Assembly (NCBI GenBank): GCA_963796455.1
Contig: CAWCLO010000004.1
Span: 672,001 to 736,000 of the forward strand
Source: Candidatus Sulfomarinibacteraceae bacterium
GTDB lineage: Bacteria > Acidobacteriota > Thermoanaerobaculia > Thermoanaerobaculales > Sulfomarinibacteraceae
DNA: 64,000 nucleotides
Reading direction: 5' to 3'
Under the pieces are notes generated by a model, which was not told the DNA's origin, did not search any database, and was given only the letters and a program-made list of their open reading frames with translations. Shown in pieces: positions 31,842-41,981 of this stretch; the first letter of the stretch is position 1; each line of letters starts with the position of its first letter. A program made the translations under genes and the position numbers.

Positions 31842-32006
31842 ATGAGTAAGATCGTGATACACGGTGTGGACGTCCTGCAGTGCGAGGACGACCGTTGCGA
31901 GGTGCTCCGCGGCCAGGACATTCGCATCAAAGGCAACCGCATCGAAACCATGAATCGTCCGTCAAAACGGGTGCCGGATGCTAGGATTCAGACCTATCAA
32001 CCCTGA
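31842..32006 (+). pseudogene. N-terminal remnant of an amidohydrolase-family gene
   Basis: MSKIVIHGVDVL...GQDIRIKGNRIET resembles the N-terminal beta strands of amidohydrolases, then loses similarity and stops at 54 aa. Confidence 0.55.
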
Positions 32007-32015
32007 GGAGAAGAC

Positions 32016-32729
32016 ATGGCAAAGGCTCACACAACGTGGAAGGTGCTCCGGCACGGTCCGATCGAGCGGCTCGAGTCGAATCTATGGAGTGTCACCGGTT
32101 CGCTGCCCGGGATGGCCTTGAAGAGGGTGATGGCCCTGATCCGGCTCGATGACGGTCGGCTGGTCATCCACAGCGCCATCGCCCTCGAGGACGAGGCCAT
32201 GGCCGAGATCGAGGCCTGGGGGACACCGGCCATCTTGCTGGTGCCGAACTCTTTCCACCGGCTCGATGCTCCTGCCTACGTGGCCAGATACCCGGATATC
32301 AAGGTCTTCTGTCCAAAGGGAGGACGAAAGAAAGTCGAAGAGGTGGTGGCGGTCGACGGCAGCTACGAGGATCTCGAGGAGCTACCCGGTCTGCGGCTCG
32401 AATATCTCGATGGAATCGGCAAGGGCGAGGCGGTGCTCTTCGTTCGCTCCGCTTCGGGCACGACCCTGATCATCAACGACGCCGTCTTCAATATGGAGCA
32501 CCAGAGCGGGGTGGCCGGTTTCTTTTTCCGATATCTCACCCAATCGACCGGTGGTCCGAGGGTGACCCGGATCTTCAAGTTTTTTGGAGTCAAGGACAAA
32601 GACGCGTTTCGCAGCCAACTCGAGCGTCTCGCCGAGACTCCGGATCTGCATCGAATCATCGTGTCGCACGACCGCATGATCACCGACGATCCCGCGGCGG
32701 CACTGCGGCGGGCGGCTTCAACCTTGTAG
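32016..32729 (+). CDS. DUF4336-like protein
   Basis: GAGGAG RBS; MALIRLDDGRLVIHSAIAL, LVPNSFHRLD, EAVLF...TLIINDAVFN and RIIVSHD. Confidence 0.75.
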   Translation: MAKAHTTWKVLRHGPIERLESNLWSVTGSLPGMALKRVMALIRLDDGRLVIHSAIALEDEAMAEIEAWGTPAILLVPNSFHRLDAPAYVARYPDIKVFCPKGGRKKVEEVVAVDGSYEDLEELPGLRLEYLDGIGKGEAVLFVRSASGTTLIINDAVFNMEHQSGVAGFFFRYLTQSTGGPRVTRIFKFFGVKDKDAFRSQLERLAETPDLHRIIVSHDRMITDDPAAALRRAASTL

Positions 32730-32747
32730 GTTCGCTCGACCATCCCT

Positions 32748-32855
32748 GGAGAAAAGGGAGAAAGGGAGAAAGGGAGAAAGGGAGAAAGGGAGAAAGGGGG
32801 CAGGGGAGAAAGGGCACGCCAGAGATTCAAGCCCCAAGCCTCAAGCCCCAAGTCC
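32748..32855. repeat. (GGGAGAAA)n octamer array followed by (CAAGCCY)n heptamers
   Basis: Five perfect GGGAGAAA at 32756-32795; caagccc caagcct caagccc caagtcc at 32828-32855; convergent gene junction. Confidence 0.85.
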
Positions 32856-32862
32856 CGGCGCT

Positions 32863-34383
32863 TCAGTTCCCGCCTTGCTCTTCGAGCCTTTCGGCCAGCT
32901 TACGCCACGGTTCCATGCTGTTGTTCGGTGGTTGCTCCATGACGGTTCGGCCGCTGTGTTCGGGCACTTCAAAGCTTTCGAAATGCCGGTCGAGGGCCGC
33001 TCCCAGCGCTTCAACGGTCTCCCGGTACTCGGCCGAATCCACCACATTGGCGGTTTCGTGGGGATCGGTCTCGAGATCGTAGAGCTCGTCACCGAAGCGC
33101 GGGTCGATGGGCGGATAGCGCCGCACGAGCTTGTGCCTTCCATCGGTGATCTGGCGGGCGTTGCCGTGCTCGGTAAAGCGATAGCGGCGCCATGGGGTCT
33201 CGGGCGCTTCGAGTAATGCAAACAGACTCTGACCGGGGCTGTTGATCTGCTGGCGCAACTCGTCGTCGAGCTCGACACCGGCGGCGTCGAGAACCGTGGC
33301 GAAGAGGTCGAGCAGATCAAAGGGCAGATCGAGCACCACGCCAGTTTCTGCGATGCCCAGGGGCCACACCAAAACCATAGGGATTCGGATCGACTCTTCA
33401 TAGAGGTTCTGCGGAATGGTCGCGTTCGATTTGCCGATCAGCCCGTGGTGGCCGATCATCATGCCGTGGTCGGAGGTGTAGATCACGAGGGTGTTGTCGA
33501 GCGTGCCGCGTTGTTCGAGCACCTCGAGGATCTTGGCCAGCTCCTCGTCCTGGTGGCTGACGGCAGCGTAGTACTGGGCGAGGGTCTCGCCGATATCCTG
33601 TGGTGCGACGGCCGCGGGATAGGCTGCTGGCAACGATGGGGAGCCTCCCTCGGATGGCGGCGCGAGATCCATCGTACGGTATTTCTCGACCCATTCTTCC
33701 GGATGGCCGGTGATGGGCTCGTGGGTGTCGGTGGGCGTGAAAACCAGAAAAAAGGGCTGCTCGGGATCACCCGAAGAGATGAAATCCCGGGCGAACTCTC
33801 CGAGGCGCTCGATCTGAAAACCATCGACGCTGATGGGCGCGCCCTGGTCCGAGAGGTAGACCTCGCCGTGGTGCAGGTATTGATTCGGCCAATCCGCCGG
33901 ACCCTGGTCGTAGCTCACCCAACGATCGAAGCCTCGTGAAGGCTCGAGGCTTGTGGCGCTGAGATGCCACTTGCCGATCAAAGCCGTACGGTACCCGGCT
34001 TCCTGGAGCAATTCGGGCAGCAAGACCTCACCCTCGAGCCAGTCGGTGGCGAAATCGGGGCTTTCGGAGAGAAAATCGTGGACCCCGTGTTGGGACGGAA
34101 GCCGGCCCGTCATCAAACTCGTCCTTGCCGGTGAGCACACCGGCGACGGTGTCGTGGCATTGGCCATCAGCACCCCCAGACCGGCCAGGGTGTCGAGGGT
34201 GGGAGTCGCCACGTCGGTGTTGCCATAGGGCCCGGCGGCCCACTGGCCGTGGTCATCGGCCATGAACAACAGGATGTCCGGCGGGCGGGACGATGCGGTT
34301 GCTGCCTCCTCGACCCCGGACCCACACCCGACGACGACCAAACATACGAGTGTCACGAAACCAGGCACGGTTTTTCGTTTCAT
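32863..34383 (-). CDS. Formylglycine-dependent sulfatase, lipoprotein
   Basis: VVVGC lipobox; PDILLFMADD, CSPARTSLMTG (CxPxR), GYRTALIGKWHL, YTSDHG and ELYDLETDPHE. Confidence 0.94.
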   Translation of the reverse strand: MKRKTVPGFVTLVCLVVVGCGSGVEEAATASSRPPDILLFMADDHGQWAAGPYGNTDVATPTLDTLAGLGVLMANATTPSPVCSPARTSLMTGRLPSQHGVHDFLSESPDFATDWLEGEVLLPELLQEAGYRTALIGKWHLSATSLEPSRGFDRWVSYDQGPADWPNQYLHHGEVYLSDQGAPISVDGFQIERLGEFARDFISSGDPEQPFFLVFTPTDTHEPITGHPEEWVEKYRTMDLAPPSEGGSPSLPAAYPAAVAPQDIGETLAQYYAAVSHQDEELAKILEVLEQRGTLDNTLVIYTSDHGMMIGHHGLIGKSNATIPQNLYEESIRIPMVLVWPLGIAETGVVLDLPFDLLDLFATVLDAAGVELDDELRQQINSPGQSLFALLEAPETPWRRYRFTEHGNARQITDGRHKLVRRYPPIDPRFGDELYDLETDPHETANVVDSAEYRETVEALGAALDRHFESFEVPEHSGRTVMEQPPNNSMEPWRKLAERLEEQGGN

Positions 34384-34425
34384 CGCTTGACTCCAGCCGT
34401 GATGGTAACAAGGTCGCGATCTGTC

Positions 34426-34453
34426 AAAAAGCCCCCTCCGATCGGAGGGGGCT
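34426..34453 (-). terminator. Intrinsic terminator after the TonB-dependent receptor gene
   Basis: agccccctccg-at-cggagggggct inverted repeat (34430-34453) followed on the minus strand by a T-run. Confidence 0.8.
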
Positions 34454-34485
34454 GAAGGGTCAGAGACCAGTTATTGATTTCGTAT

Positions 34486-36771
34486 CTAGAACCGGGCGAC
34501 GAACTCGACCCCGATGATCCGCGGGTCGTTCATCATGCCGGTGAGGTTGTTGAAGTCGATGCCGTTGCGCACGATCTCCTCGTCGAGGATGTTCCGGCCG
34601 AAGAGTGCCACCTCGTAGAGTCCCTGGTTCCAGCCGTAACCGAGGCGCAGACCGAGCTCGAGGGAGTCGCTGTTGAATTCTTTCGACTCGTAGAGGAAGA
34701 AACTTTTGTTGCTGTGATACGCCCAATCGAGGGCACCGAAGAAGCCCTTGGAAACCGGGTCCGAGCGGTAGTTGATGATGCCGTTGAAGATGATCTCGGG
34801 TGCGTGGGGCAAGCTGTTGCCGTTGATCACTGCAAAGCCGTCCTCCACCGGGTCCAAAACCGTGCAGCTGCCGCAGATCGGAATCCTCAGATCGTCATCG
34901 ACGATCTCGGTCGGGTTCCAGCTCGCGCCAAAGGTCATCAGCCAGTTGCCGGTCGGGATCCACTCCATATCTGCCTCGAGCCCATGCCCCTTGGTCTTGT
35001 CGGCGTTGTGCAGACGGGCAGAGTTCTCTGCGCCACCGACCGCGGTGATTTGCTGATCCGACATCTCGAAGATGTAGGCGGTCAGGTTGAGCCGCACCCT
35101 GTTGTCGGCAAGAATCGATTTGACACCGATCTCGGCCGAAAGGTTGGTTTCGGTGTCCGCAGTGGTCACACAGGACGCGGCATCCTGACAGAAGGTGATC
35201 CGGCCCTGGATTGCCGGGGCCCGGTTACCGGTCGCCAACCGACCGTAGACATTGACATTGTCACTGGCGGCATATGTTGCGCTGAGGTCCCAGCTCGCGA
35301 AACTGTCGCCCACCTGCTCGGTGATGCGGCCATCGAGGGGCGGAATCCACGGAAGGCTCTGCGGCATGGCGACCCAGAAGTCCTTGTCATCATCCGAATA
35401 GCGCAAACCGGCGTTGAGGTTCCATTTGTCAGAGGCCTGCCAGTTGAGTGAACCGAACAGGGCGTAGGAATTGGCTTCCTGCCACTGGGTCGCAAGGGCG
35501 TTTTGCGGGTTGCCCGGTGCGAGGGAGTCGTAGCTGTAGTTTTCGATGTTGACTTCCTCGTTGAAGTAGAAAAAGCCCACCAGCCAGTTCCAGTCGCTGC
35601 CGCCGTTGCTGGCGAGCCGGAACTCCTGAGTCCACTGATCGAGATTCGGTATGGCGCCCGCTGACTCCGATGAGAAGGGGATGAACCCAGGGCCGTAGTT
35701 GCCCTCGCCGAGGAAGGCCGCGCCATAACCGCCATCGATGTCGCCCCGGCTATACATGTCGCGGATACTCTCGTAACCGGTGACCGATGTCAGGGTCATC
35801 TGGCCGAAATCGTAGGCGAGACGCAGCAGGCCGCCGCGGCTTTTGATCTCCTGGTTGTTCAGGCCGTCAAACCAGACCTGATCCTGGGCAAAACCGTCGA
35901 CCAACCGATTGCTGCCGGGCTCGATGATATTTGCGCGGAAGGCCCGCGCCGTGCCATCGCTGACTTCCCAGCCGTGGACCTTGAAGAGACCGGTGAATTT
36001 CTCGTTGGGTTCCCACATGAGCTGGAGACGGAAGGCGGTGGTGGTGTAGCCGCCGAGGTCTTCACCGCCCTCGAAATTGTTGTTGATCCAGTTGCCGCGC
36101 GATTGGTAGAGACCCGAAGCACGAGCCGAAAAACCGCCGCCGAGCGAACCGCCCACAGCGGCCTGAATGTCGGTGGTCGAATAGGATCCGTAGGATGCTC
36201 TGACAAATGCGTCGAATTCTTGCGAAGGTTTGACGGTGTCGAATTTGACGATACCGGCCGGTGTGTTGCGCCCGAAGAGGGTGCCCTGGGGTCCGCGGAG
36301 GACCTCGACGCGATCGAGATCGAAGAGCGGCATGCCCTTGACCACCGGGTTTTCGAGCACCACTTCATCGACGACCATGGATACCGGTTGCGAGGCGTTG
36401 AGATCGAAGTCGGTGTTGCCGAGACCGCGGATATAAAAACGCGGGAAGGCGCGGCCGAAGGAAGACTCCATGATCAGGCTGGGCGCGCGACCGGAGAGTG
36501 CCCGGACGTCGGTGCCGCCCGCGGTGATGACCGCGAGATCTTCTTTCTGAATCGCGGTAATTGAAACAGGAACATCCTGGATGTTTTCTTCGCGTTTCTG
36601 GGCCGTGACGGTGACTTCGCCGATAAATTCTTTCCACTCCTCGGGAATGTCATCCGCTGCCGGCGGTGTCTCGGCCGGCTCGTCCTGGGCTAGCGCCGGA
36701 GAGCCGCCGACAAACAAAAACATCACCAGAAACAGTGCGACAAACACCCCTCGTCCTAACAGTCTTTCCAC
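34486..36771 (-). CDS. TonB-dependent receptor
   Basis: GTG start after an AGGGAGG RBS; EVTVTAQKRE TonB box, plug motif RVEVLRGPQGTLFGRN, C-terminal F. Confidence 0.95.
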   Translation of the reverse strand: MERLLGRGVFVALFLVMFLFVGGSPALAQDEPAETPPAADDIPEEWKEFIGEVTVTAQKREENIQDVPVSITAIQKEDLAVITAGGTDVRALSGRAPSLIMESSFGRAFPRFYIRGLGNTDFDLNASQPVSMVVDEVVLENPVVKGMPLFDLDRVEVLRGPQGTLFGRNTPAGIVKFDTVKPSQEFDAFVRASYGSYSTTDIQAAVGGSLGGGFSARASGLYQSRGNWINNNFEGGEDLGGYTTTAFRLQLMWEPNEKFTGLFKVHGWEVSDGTARAFRANIIEPGSNRLVDGFAQDQVWFDGLNNQEIKSRGGLLRLAYDFGQMTLTSVTGYESIRDMYSRGDIDGGYGAAFLGEGNYGPGFIPFSSESAGAIPNLDQWTQEFRLASNGGSDWNWLVGFFYFNEEVNIENYSYDSLAPGNPQNALATQWQEANSYALFGSLNWQASDKWNLNAGLRYSDDDKDFWVAMPQSLPWIPPLDGRITEQVGDSFASWDLSATYAASDNVNVYGRLATGNRAPAIQGRITFCQDAASCVTTADTETNLSAEIGVKSILADNRVRLNLTAYIFEMSDQQITAVGGAENSARLHNADKTKGHGLEADMEWIPTGNWLMTFGASWNPTEIVDDDLRIPICGSCTVLDPVEDGFAVINGNSLPHAPEIIFNGIINYRSDPVSKGFFGALDWAYHSNKSFFLYESKEFNSDSLELGLRLGYGWNQGLYEVALFGRNILDEEIVRNGIDFNNLTGMMNDPRIIGVEFVARF

Positions 36772-36898
36772 GTGATACCTCCCTTTACGGAAATGAAAAT
36801 AGTCCCTCGTCCCGGACGGCATCGAGGGTAGCAGATTCTCGCCGGGCTGCGGCATCGTTGATTGGGAAAAATTGCGGGTCTTTTCGAAAACGCCTGCG

Positions 36899-38260
36899 TC
36901 AATGGGATGGTTCGAGTGATCGGGCTTCGGTTGGCCGGCCATGGGCGATCTTGGGCCATTTCTCGTCCCAGTCAAAAGCATCAGGGTTTCGGTGGCAACC
37001 GCTGCAGGTGTTTTCGTCGGGCACGCGGCCCCCGTGCTCGAGAAAGGCCGCACGATCCGCCATCACCGCCGGGTCCATGTAGCTCGACCCCGGACCGTGG
37101 CAGGATTCGCAGCCGACGCCTTCTTCGACGCGAAAGGAATCGGCCAAGAGCGCGTCATCATCAAGATTTCCTGTGACGTGGCAGAGCAGACAGCGTTGGT
37201 CTTCAATCGGTCGCTCCAGATCCCTATATTGCGGCCGGAGACGGCCGAGGAAACGCGCCCAATCAGCGCCGAGCCGCCAGAAAGCGTGGGCGTGGCGGCT
37301 TCGGAGCCAGGTGAGGTACTGGTTTCCGTGATCGGGGTCAATATGGCATCCCATGCACGTCTTCGAACCGACGTATAACGGTGACGCAGTTTTTTGCCCG
37401 CTCACAGTGCGGCGAAGAAAATCGATTTCCACCGATTCGACGGCTCCGGCGACGTTCCGGTGGAATCGAATCCGCCACGGCTCCTGTCGGCAATAAAAAC
37501 TGTCCCGGCCGATCGGATACAGGTCGTCGGGTGCAAATTCGCGAAAACGCAGATCGTCCTCTTCGCGCCATACCTTGGCCGTGAGGCCGCCACCGAGATT
37601 GTAGAGGCCGACGAAGTCTTCCAGGCTTTCGCCGTCGAGAGTGATTTCCGGTGGACGTTCTCGCCAATAGGATGCGGCGACGAGCCCCTGGGCATCGCCG
37701 AGATCGGTCTCGGCGCCTCGCTCCTTGAGGAGTGCCATCATCTCCGCATGACCGCTCTGGGCCGCCACGTGGAGTGGGGTCCATCCTTCTTTGGTCCGGG
37801 CATTGGGGTCGGCGCCGCGCTCGAGCAGCAGGTCGGCCACAGCCAGACACCCGCGCCGGGCGGCGACGTGAAGCGGTGCCCGGCCCCATCGGTTGCTGAG
37901 GTTGATCGTGGCCCCGGAATCCAGCAGTAGCTTCACCATGTCGGCGCGGTCGTGGTGGCATGCCCAGTGGAGCGGGCCGCCTCCGTCGCTGCCGACGGCG
38001 TTCACCGGGGCGCCGGCGGCGATCAACTCCTCAAAAATGCGCCAATTACCACGCACACCCGCCCAATGAAGCGCCGTGTAGCCCATCCGACCGCGCACCC
38101 CGAGATCGGTTTCCTGCTCGATCAGTCGGTGCACGGCGTGGCCATCACCGAGTTTGGCCGAAGCGACAAGATCTCCAGTCTGAAGGTCGGCCGCAAATGG
38201 CTGACCGGGAAGGATGGAAAATACGGCGAGCACGAACACCAACTGCTTCATGGATGTCAT
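36899..38260 (-). CDS. Secreted ankyrin-repeat / DUF3471-like / tetraheme cytochrome c (c554-like) fusion
   Basis: Signal peptide; TALHWA, GPLHWA, APLHVAA and TPLHVAA ankyrin repeats; CMGCH, CLLCH, CESCH and CSGCH. Confidence 0.85.
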   Translation of the reverse strand: MTSMKQLVFVLAVFSILPGQPFAADLQTGDLVASAKLGDGHAVHRLIEQETDLGVRGRMGYTALHWAGVRGNWRIFEELIAAGAPVNAVGSDGGGPLHWACHHDRADMVKLLLDSGATINLSNRWGRAPLHVAARRGCLAVADLLLERGADPNARTKEGWTPLHVAAQSGHAEMMALLKERGAETDLGDAQGLVAASYWRERPPEITLDGESLEDFVGLYNLGGGLTAKVWREEDDLRFREFAPDDLYPIGRDSFYCRQEPWRIRFHRNVAGAVESVEIDFLRRTVSGQKTASPLYVGSKTCMGCHIDPDHGNQYLTWLRSRHAHAFWRLGADWARFLGRLRPQYRDLERPIEDQRCLLCHVTGNLDDDALLADSFRVEEGVGCESCHGPGSSYMDPAVMADRAAFLEHGGRVPDENTCSGCHRNPDAFDWDEKWPKIAHGRPTEARSLEPSH

Positions 38261-38500
38261 CTTTGCCCGGTCCAATCCTCGTTTGAGTCGCCGAGGCGGT
38301 GCCTCACTCGAAGTTGTACGCAAAACGAGGTCGAGAGTTCATCGAGCGAGGCCCTTGCCTAACGAGTATCCTCCACCCGACACGTCGCGACCGGGGTGAA
38401 AACGGACCAGAAGCGACACTGGGTTGTACAGGGCTCTTCAGTGACCCATCCGGGCGAATTTTGCGCCGGTATTCCGGCTCGCAAGATCAGATGCCCGAAC

Positions 38501-39049
38501 TCATAGTTCTGCAAGGGCGGCGACGATTTCAGCCGCGATTTTTTCTGCGCCTTGCGACAGGGACTGTGCGACCGCATCAGCATTGCTGGCAGCGGCCGTT
38601 TCGGTGGCGTTGAACGACTGCTCCAACAGCGGTGCCTCGAAGCGCTTCTTGCTCGGATCACGGATCACGACGTCCACAGCCATCCTCGTTTCGGTAACTC
38701 CGCCCCGATCCACCTGCTCGAAAGCCGTGACTTTTCCGGAGAGCTCATACGTTGGTCGTCCGGCCACATGCGGGCCGAACTCGGTCTGGAATTTCTGTTG
38801 CACCAGTTCACCGACACTCGAGACCCAATGATCGGTGGCGTAATACTCGACCCGGGTCGGTGAGGCCGCGATCAGGATCCCACTTCGGCTCAGCGCCTCG
38901 GTGGTCTGAAATCTCTGAACATCGAGATTGACTGCTGGCTGCGAATTCCCGGAAGACTCCGCCGACAGGGTGTAGTAGTTGAGCTTGGGCGACGAAGCAC
39001 AGGCGGCGAGCACCAGAAATACACACAGTTGAGAGAAGCGCTTCATCAC
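38501..39049 (-). CDS. PqiC-like ABC-transport auxiliary lipoprotein
   Basis: LAAC lipobox, NYYTLS, YYATDHW and L.G.V.AFE; follows the MCE gene with a GTGA overlap. Confidence 0.85.
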   Translation of the reverse strand: MMKRFSQLCVFLVLAACASSPKLNYYTLSAESSGNSQPAVNLDVQRFQTTEALSRSGILIAASPTRVEYYATDHWVSSVGELVQQKFQTEFGPHVAGRPTYELSGKVTAFEQVDRGGVTETRMAVDVVIRDPSKKRFEAPLLEQSFNATETAAASNADAVAQSLSQGAEKIAAEIVAALAEL

Positions 39050-40053
39050 TGTCCCTTCGTCTTTCTTCCTTGCGATCCTTTTCCACGGATCAGCGATTCG
39101 GGCCGATCGGCCAGGATGCGGGAGAACTCGCGGAGATTGCGGGTGGTTTCCTGGAGATTGACCAGGATCTCCTCCAGCGTTGGGCGCTGGGTGTCAATGA
39201 GATCGCTGGCGTTGGCGCCGACATCGTCGAGGTGGGCGACAACCTGTTGCAGGGCGGCACCGAGCTCTTCCATCTGGGCTGCCGTGTCGGATGTGAGCTT
39301 CTCGAGATTCGCGACCGTGGCGTGCAAGGGGGCCCGGTTTTCGCCGACCACAGCCTGGATCTGCTCGAGGAGTTCGGTTGCCACGGTTTCAAGCGAAACC
39401 AGCCGATCGACGACTTCCTTGAAGCCCGGTTGATTGCTCTCGACCACCGTGGAGATGCCGTGCAGAGCAGTGGTGCCCTCGGTCAACGTTCCATCGAGCG
39501 TTTTCATGAGCTCGGCCAGGTCGACTGCTTCGGGATCATCCGGATCTTTCACTCCGACGACCACATTCAGTCCGTCGAGAAGATTCTCCAGCCGACCGAC
39601 CACTCCCTGGAGATCGGGTAGGCCGAAGGCCCCCGTGCTGCTCAGCGAATTCAGCAGATCGCCGCCTTCATGGAGCGCCGCGTCGGGTTCTCCGGTCGAG
39701 ATTTCGAGGTGTTTGGAAGAGGTGAGCGTGATCTGATCGATCGAGGCCACGCTTCCGTGGTTCACAGGAACGTCGCCATCGACCTCGGCGGTAACCCTGA
39801 TCAAGGCTCGGTCCTCGCTGTCCGTTTCCAGTGCAATGACGCGCCCCACCTTGACTCCGCCGAATCGGACATCGGCGCCTCGGTTGAGACCGCTTATATT
39901 CGAAAAGGTGGCAAAGTACTGCGTGGTCGATTTACCGGTTGTTCGGCACCCTTTGATAGCCCCGAGGAACCCGACAAGAATGATCACGCTTGCGAGGACG
40001 AGTGCGCCGGCCTTGATCTCGGTTGCGGTGAAGTCATGTTTGGACGCTGGCAT
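39046..40053 (-). CDS. mlaD: MCE (MlaD-family) protein with a long helical tail
   Basis: EIKAGALV N-terminal TM; FSNISGLNRGADVRFGGVKVGRV; C-terminal RPESLIRG. Confidence 0.9.
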   Translation of the reverse strand: MPASKHDFTATEIKAGALVLASVIILVGFLGAIKGCRTTGKSTTQYFATFSNISGLNRGADVRFGGVKVGRVIALETDSEDRALIRVTAEVDGDVPVNHGSVASIDQITLTSSKHLEISTGEPDAALHEGGDLLNSLSSTGAFGLPDLQGVVGRLENLLDGLNVVVGVKDPDDPEAVDLAELMKTLDGTLTEGTTALHGISTVVESNQPGFKEVVDRLVSLETVATELLEQIQAVVGENRAPLHATVANLEKLTSDTAAQMEELGAALQQVVAHLDDVGANASDLIDTQRPTLEEILVNLQETTRNLREFSRILADRPESLIRGKGSQGRKTKGQ

Positions 40054-40065
40054 ATACCTTCCGGT

Positions 40066-40866
40066 TCATTCGGGCCCGGCAATGGCGCGGGCATAGTCCT
40101 GATCGTTCTCCGACGACGCATCCGGCCTTCGTGCGAAGAATTGCTCGATGTAGGGGTGATGGAGTTGCTGCAGCTCGTCGTGGGTTCCGATCCCGACCAG
40201 ACCGCCCTTATAAAGGACGCAGATCCGATCGGCGATCAACTTGACGCTCTCCATTTCGTGGGTGACGACGATGCTGGTGAGGTGAAAGGTGCTTTGCAGG
40301 GTTCGAATCAGTTCGTCGAGACCGGCTGCGACGATGGGATCGAGCCCGGCGGAAGGTTCGTCATAAAAGATGATTTCCGGATCCATCGCCATGGCGCGAG
40401 CGACACCGGCGCGCTTTTTCATGCCACCGCTGAGCTCTGACGGCAGGTAGTCTTCGGTTCCGGCAAGACCCACCAACTCGAGCTTGATGGTGGTCATGAT
40501 CTCGATGGTTGATTCTTCGAGATCGGTGTGTTCGCGCAGCGGCAGCGCCACGTTGTCGCCGACGCTCAAAGATCCGAGCAGCGCAGAGTTCTGAAAACAC
40601 ATGCCCATCTTTTTGCGGAATTCGATCCGTTCGGAATCGCTCATGGCCGTGAAATCTTCGCCGCGAATCTTGATGCGGCCGGCAGCAGGTCGCATCAGAC
40701 CCACGAGGTTTCGCAGCAGGGTGGTCTTCCCGGAACCGCTGCCACCGACGATGACGAACACCTCTCCTTCGTAGATCGTGAAGCTGAGGCCGTCGAGGAC
40801 GGTCCGGTCACCGTAGCGCACGACCAGGTCTTCGACCTCGATGATGGGAGATTTTTTCCGTGCCAT
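40066..40866 (-). CDS. mlaF: MlaF-type ABC ATPase
   Basis: GGSGSGKT, LSGGMKKRAGVARA, YDEPSAGLDP and VVTHE. Confidence 0.93.
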   Translation of the reverse strand: MARKKSPIIEVEDLVVRYGDRTVLDGLSFTIYEGEVFVIVGGSGSGKTTLLRNLVGLMRPAAGRIKIRGEDFTAMSDSERIEFRKKMGMCFQNSALLGSLSVGDNVALPLREHTDLEESTIEIMTTIKLELVGLAGTEDYLPSELSGGMKKRAGVARAMAMDPEIIFYDEPSAGLDPIVAAGLDELIRTLQSTFHLTSIVVTHEMESVKLIADRICVLYKGGLVGIGTHDELQQLHHPYIEQFFARRPDASSENDQDYARAIAGPE

Positions 40867-40868
40867 TT

Positions 40869-41660
40869 TCAGATGAAGTAGAACAGAACCGTAAAGACGA
40901 GGTCAATCACAATGATGAAGAAGATCGACGTGACGACCGAAGATGTGGTTTTGCGGCCGACTCCCTCGGCTCCACCTTCGACCTGGAAGCCGCGGTAGAC
41001 ACCGACCCAACAAATGGCGACGGCAAAGAACAGGCTCTTGACGAGCCCGGTGAGGAGATCCTTTTCTACCAACGAGTTGACCGTCTGCTCGATGTAGATC
41101 GAGGAATCGACGCCGACGATGAACACTCCGGCCGTCCAACCGCCCGAGACCATGACGAACATGGCCACCAGGGTCACGCAGGGCACCGCCACCACCATGG
41201 CCAGAAACTTCGGTGCGACCAGGAATTTGATGGGGTTGAGCCCCATGACTTCGAGAGCATCGATTTCTTCGCTCACCTTCATGGTGCCGATCTCGGCTGC
41301 GATGGCCGAACCACTGCGCCCCGTCATGATGATGGCGGTCATCAGAGGCGCCAGTTCGCGCAGGGCGGATACGGCCACCAGATCGGCGATAAAACGGTTG
41401 GCGCCCCACTGACCGAGCGTATATGAGGCCTGGAGGGCGATGATGACCCCGATCAGAAAGGTGATCATGCTGACGATCGGCAGCGACCGAACACCGAACT
41501 CGACGAAATTCTCCACCGCCGCCCGGATTCTCAAACCCTTTCCGCGCAGGGGAGCGACGACGATCCACCAAAAAGTCTCGACCATGAGCACCGAGACCTC
41601 GAGGGCCGCGGCGATCACATCAAAGGTCCAACGGCCGACTCGGCCGAAGATCGCGATCAT
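40869..41660 (-). CDS. mlaE: MlaE-type ABC permease
   Basis: RELAPLMTAIIMTGRSGSAIAAEIGTMKVSEEIDALEVMG and GGAEGVG. Confidence 0.94.
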   Translation of the reverse strand: MIAIFGRVGRWTFDVIAAALEVSVLMVETFWWIVVAPLRGKGLRIRAAVENFVEFGVRSLPIVSMITFLIGVIIALQASYTLGQWGANRFIADLVAVSALRELAPLMTAIIMTGRSGSAIAAEIGTMKVSEEIDALEVMGLNPIKFLVAPKFLAMVVAVPCVTLVAMFVMVSGGWTAGVFIVGVDSSIYIEQTVNSLVEKDLLTGLVKSLFFAVAICWVGVYRGFQVEGGAEGVGRKTTSSVVTSIFFIIVIDLVFTVLFYFI

Positions 41661-41971
41661 TGCGGCGTGATCTCGAAGACCGTGTCCAGCCTGGCGAGCT
41701 CCAGGACCTTCATCACCGATTTCGATGGATGGAGCAGGACGTATTTCTTGTCGTGCTTGCGGGCGCTGCGAAGACCTTCAACCAGGACAGCAACTCCTGA
41801 GGAGTCCATATAAGACACACCGTCGAGATTCACCAGCACGCATTCGGCGGCTTCGGGCACCGAGTCCAGGATCGATTTGCGTAACTGGGGGGCCGAGTAG
41901 AGGTCGACCGATCCTTCGACCTTGACCTCGGTCACGCCATCCGCAGTCGTTGATTGAATGTCCAGACCCAT
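41657..41971 (-). CDS. STAS domain protein (anti-sigma antagonist RsbV/SpoIIAA-like, in the MlaB position)
   Basis: GSVDLYSAPQLR, VSYMDSSG phosphoacceptor motif and VLELARLD; ATGA overlap with mlaE. Confidence 0.9.
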   Translation of the reverse strand: MGLDIQSTTADGVTEVKVEGSVDLYSAPQLRKSILDSVPEAAECVLVNLDGVSYMDSSGVAVLVEGLRSARKHDKKYVLLHPSKSVMKVLELARLDTVFEITPQ

Positions 41972-41981
41972 GTTCGACCCC

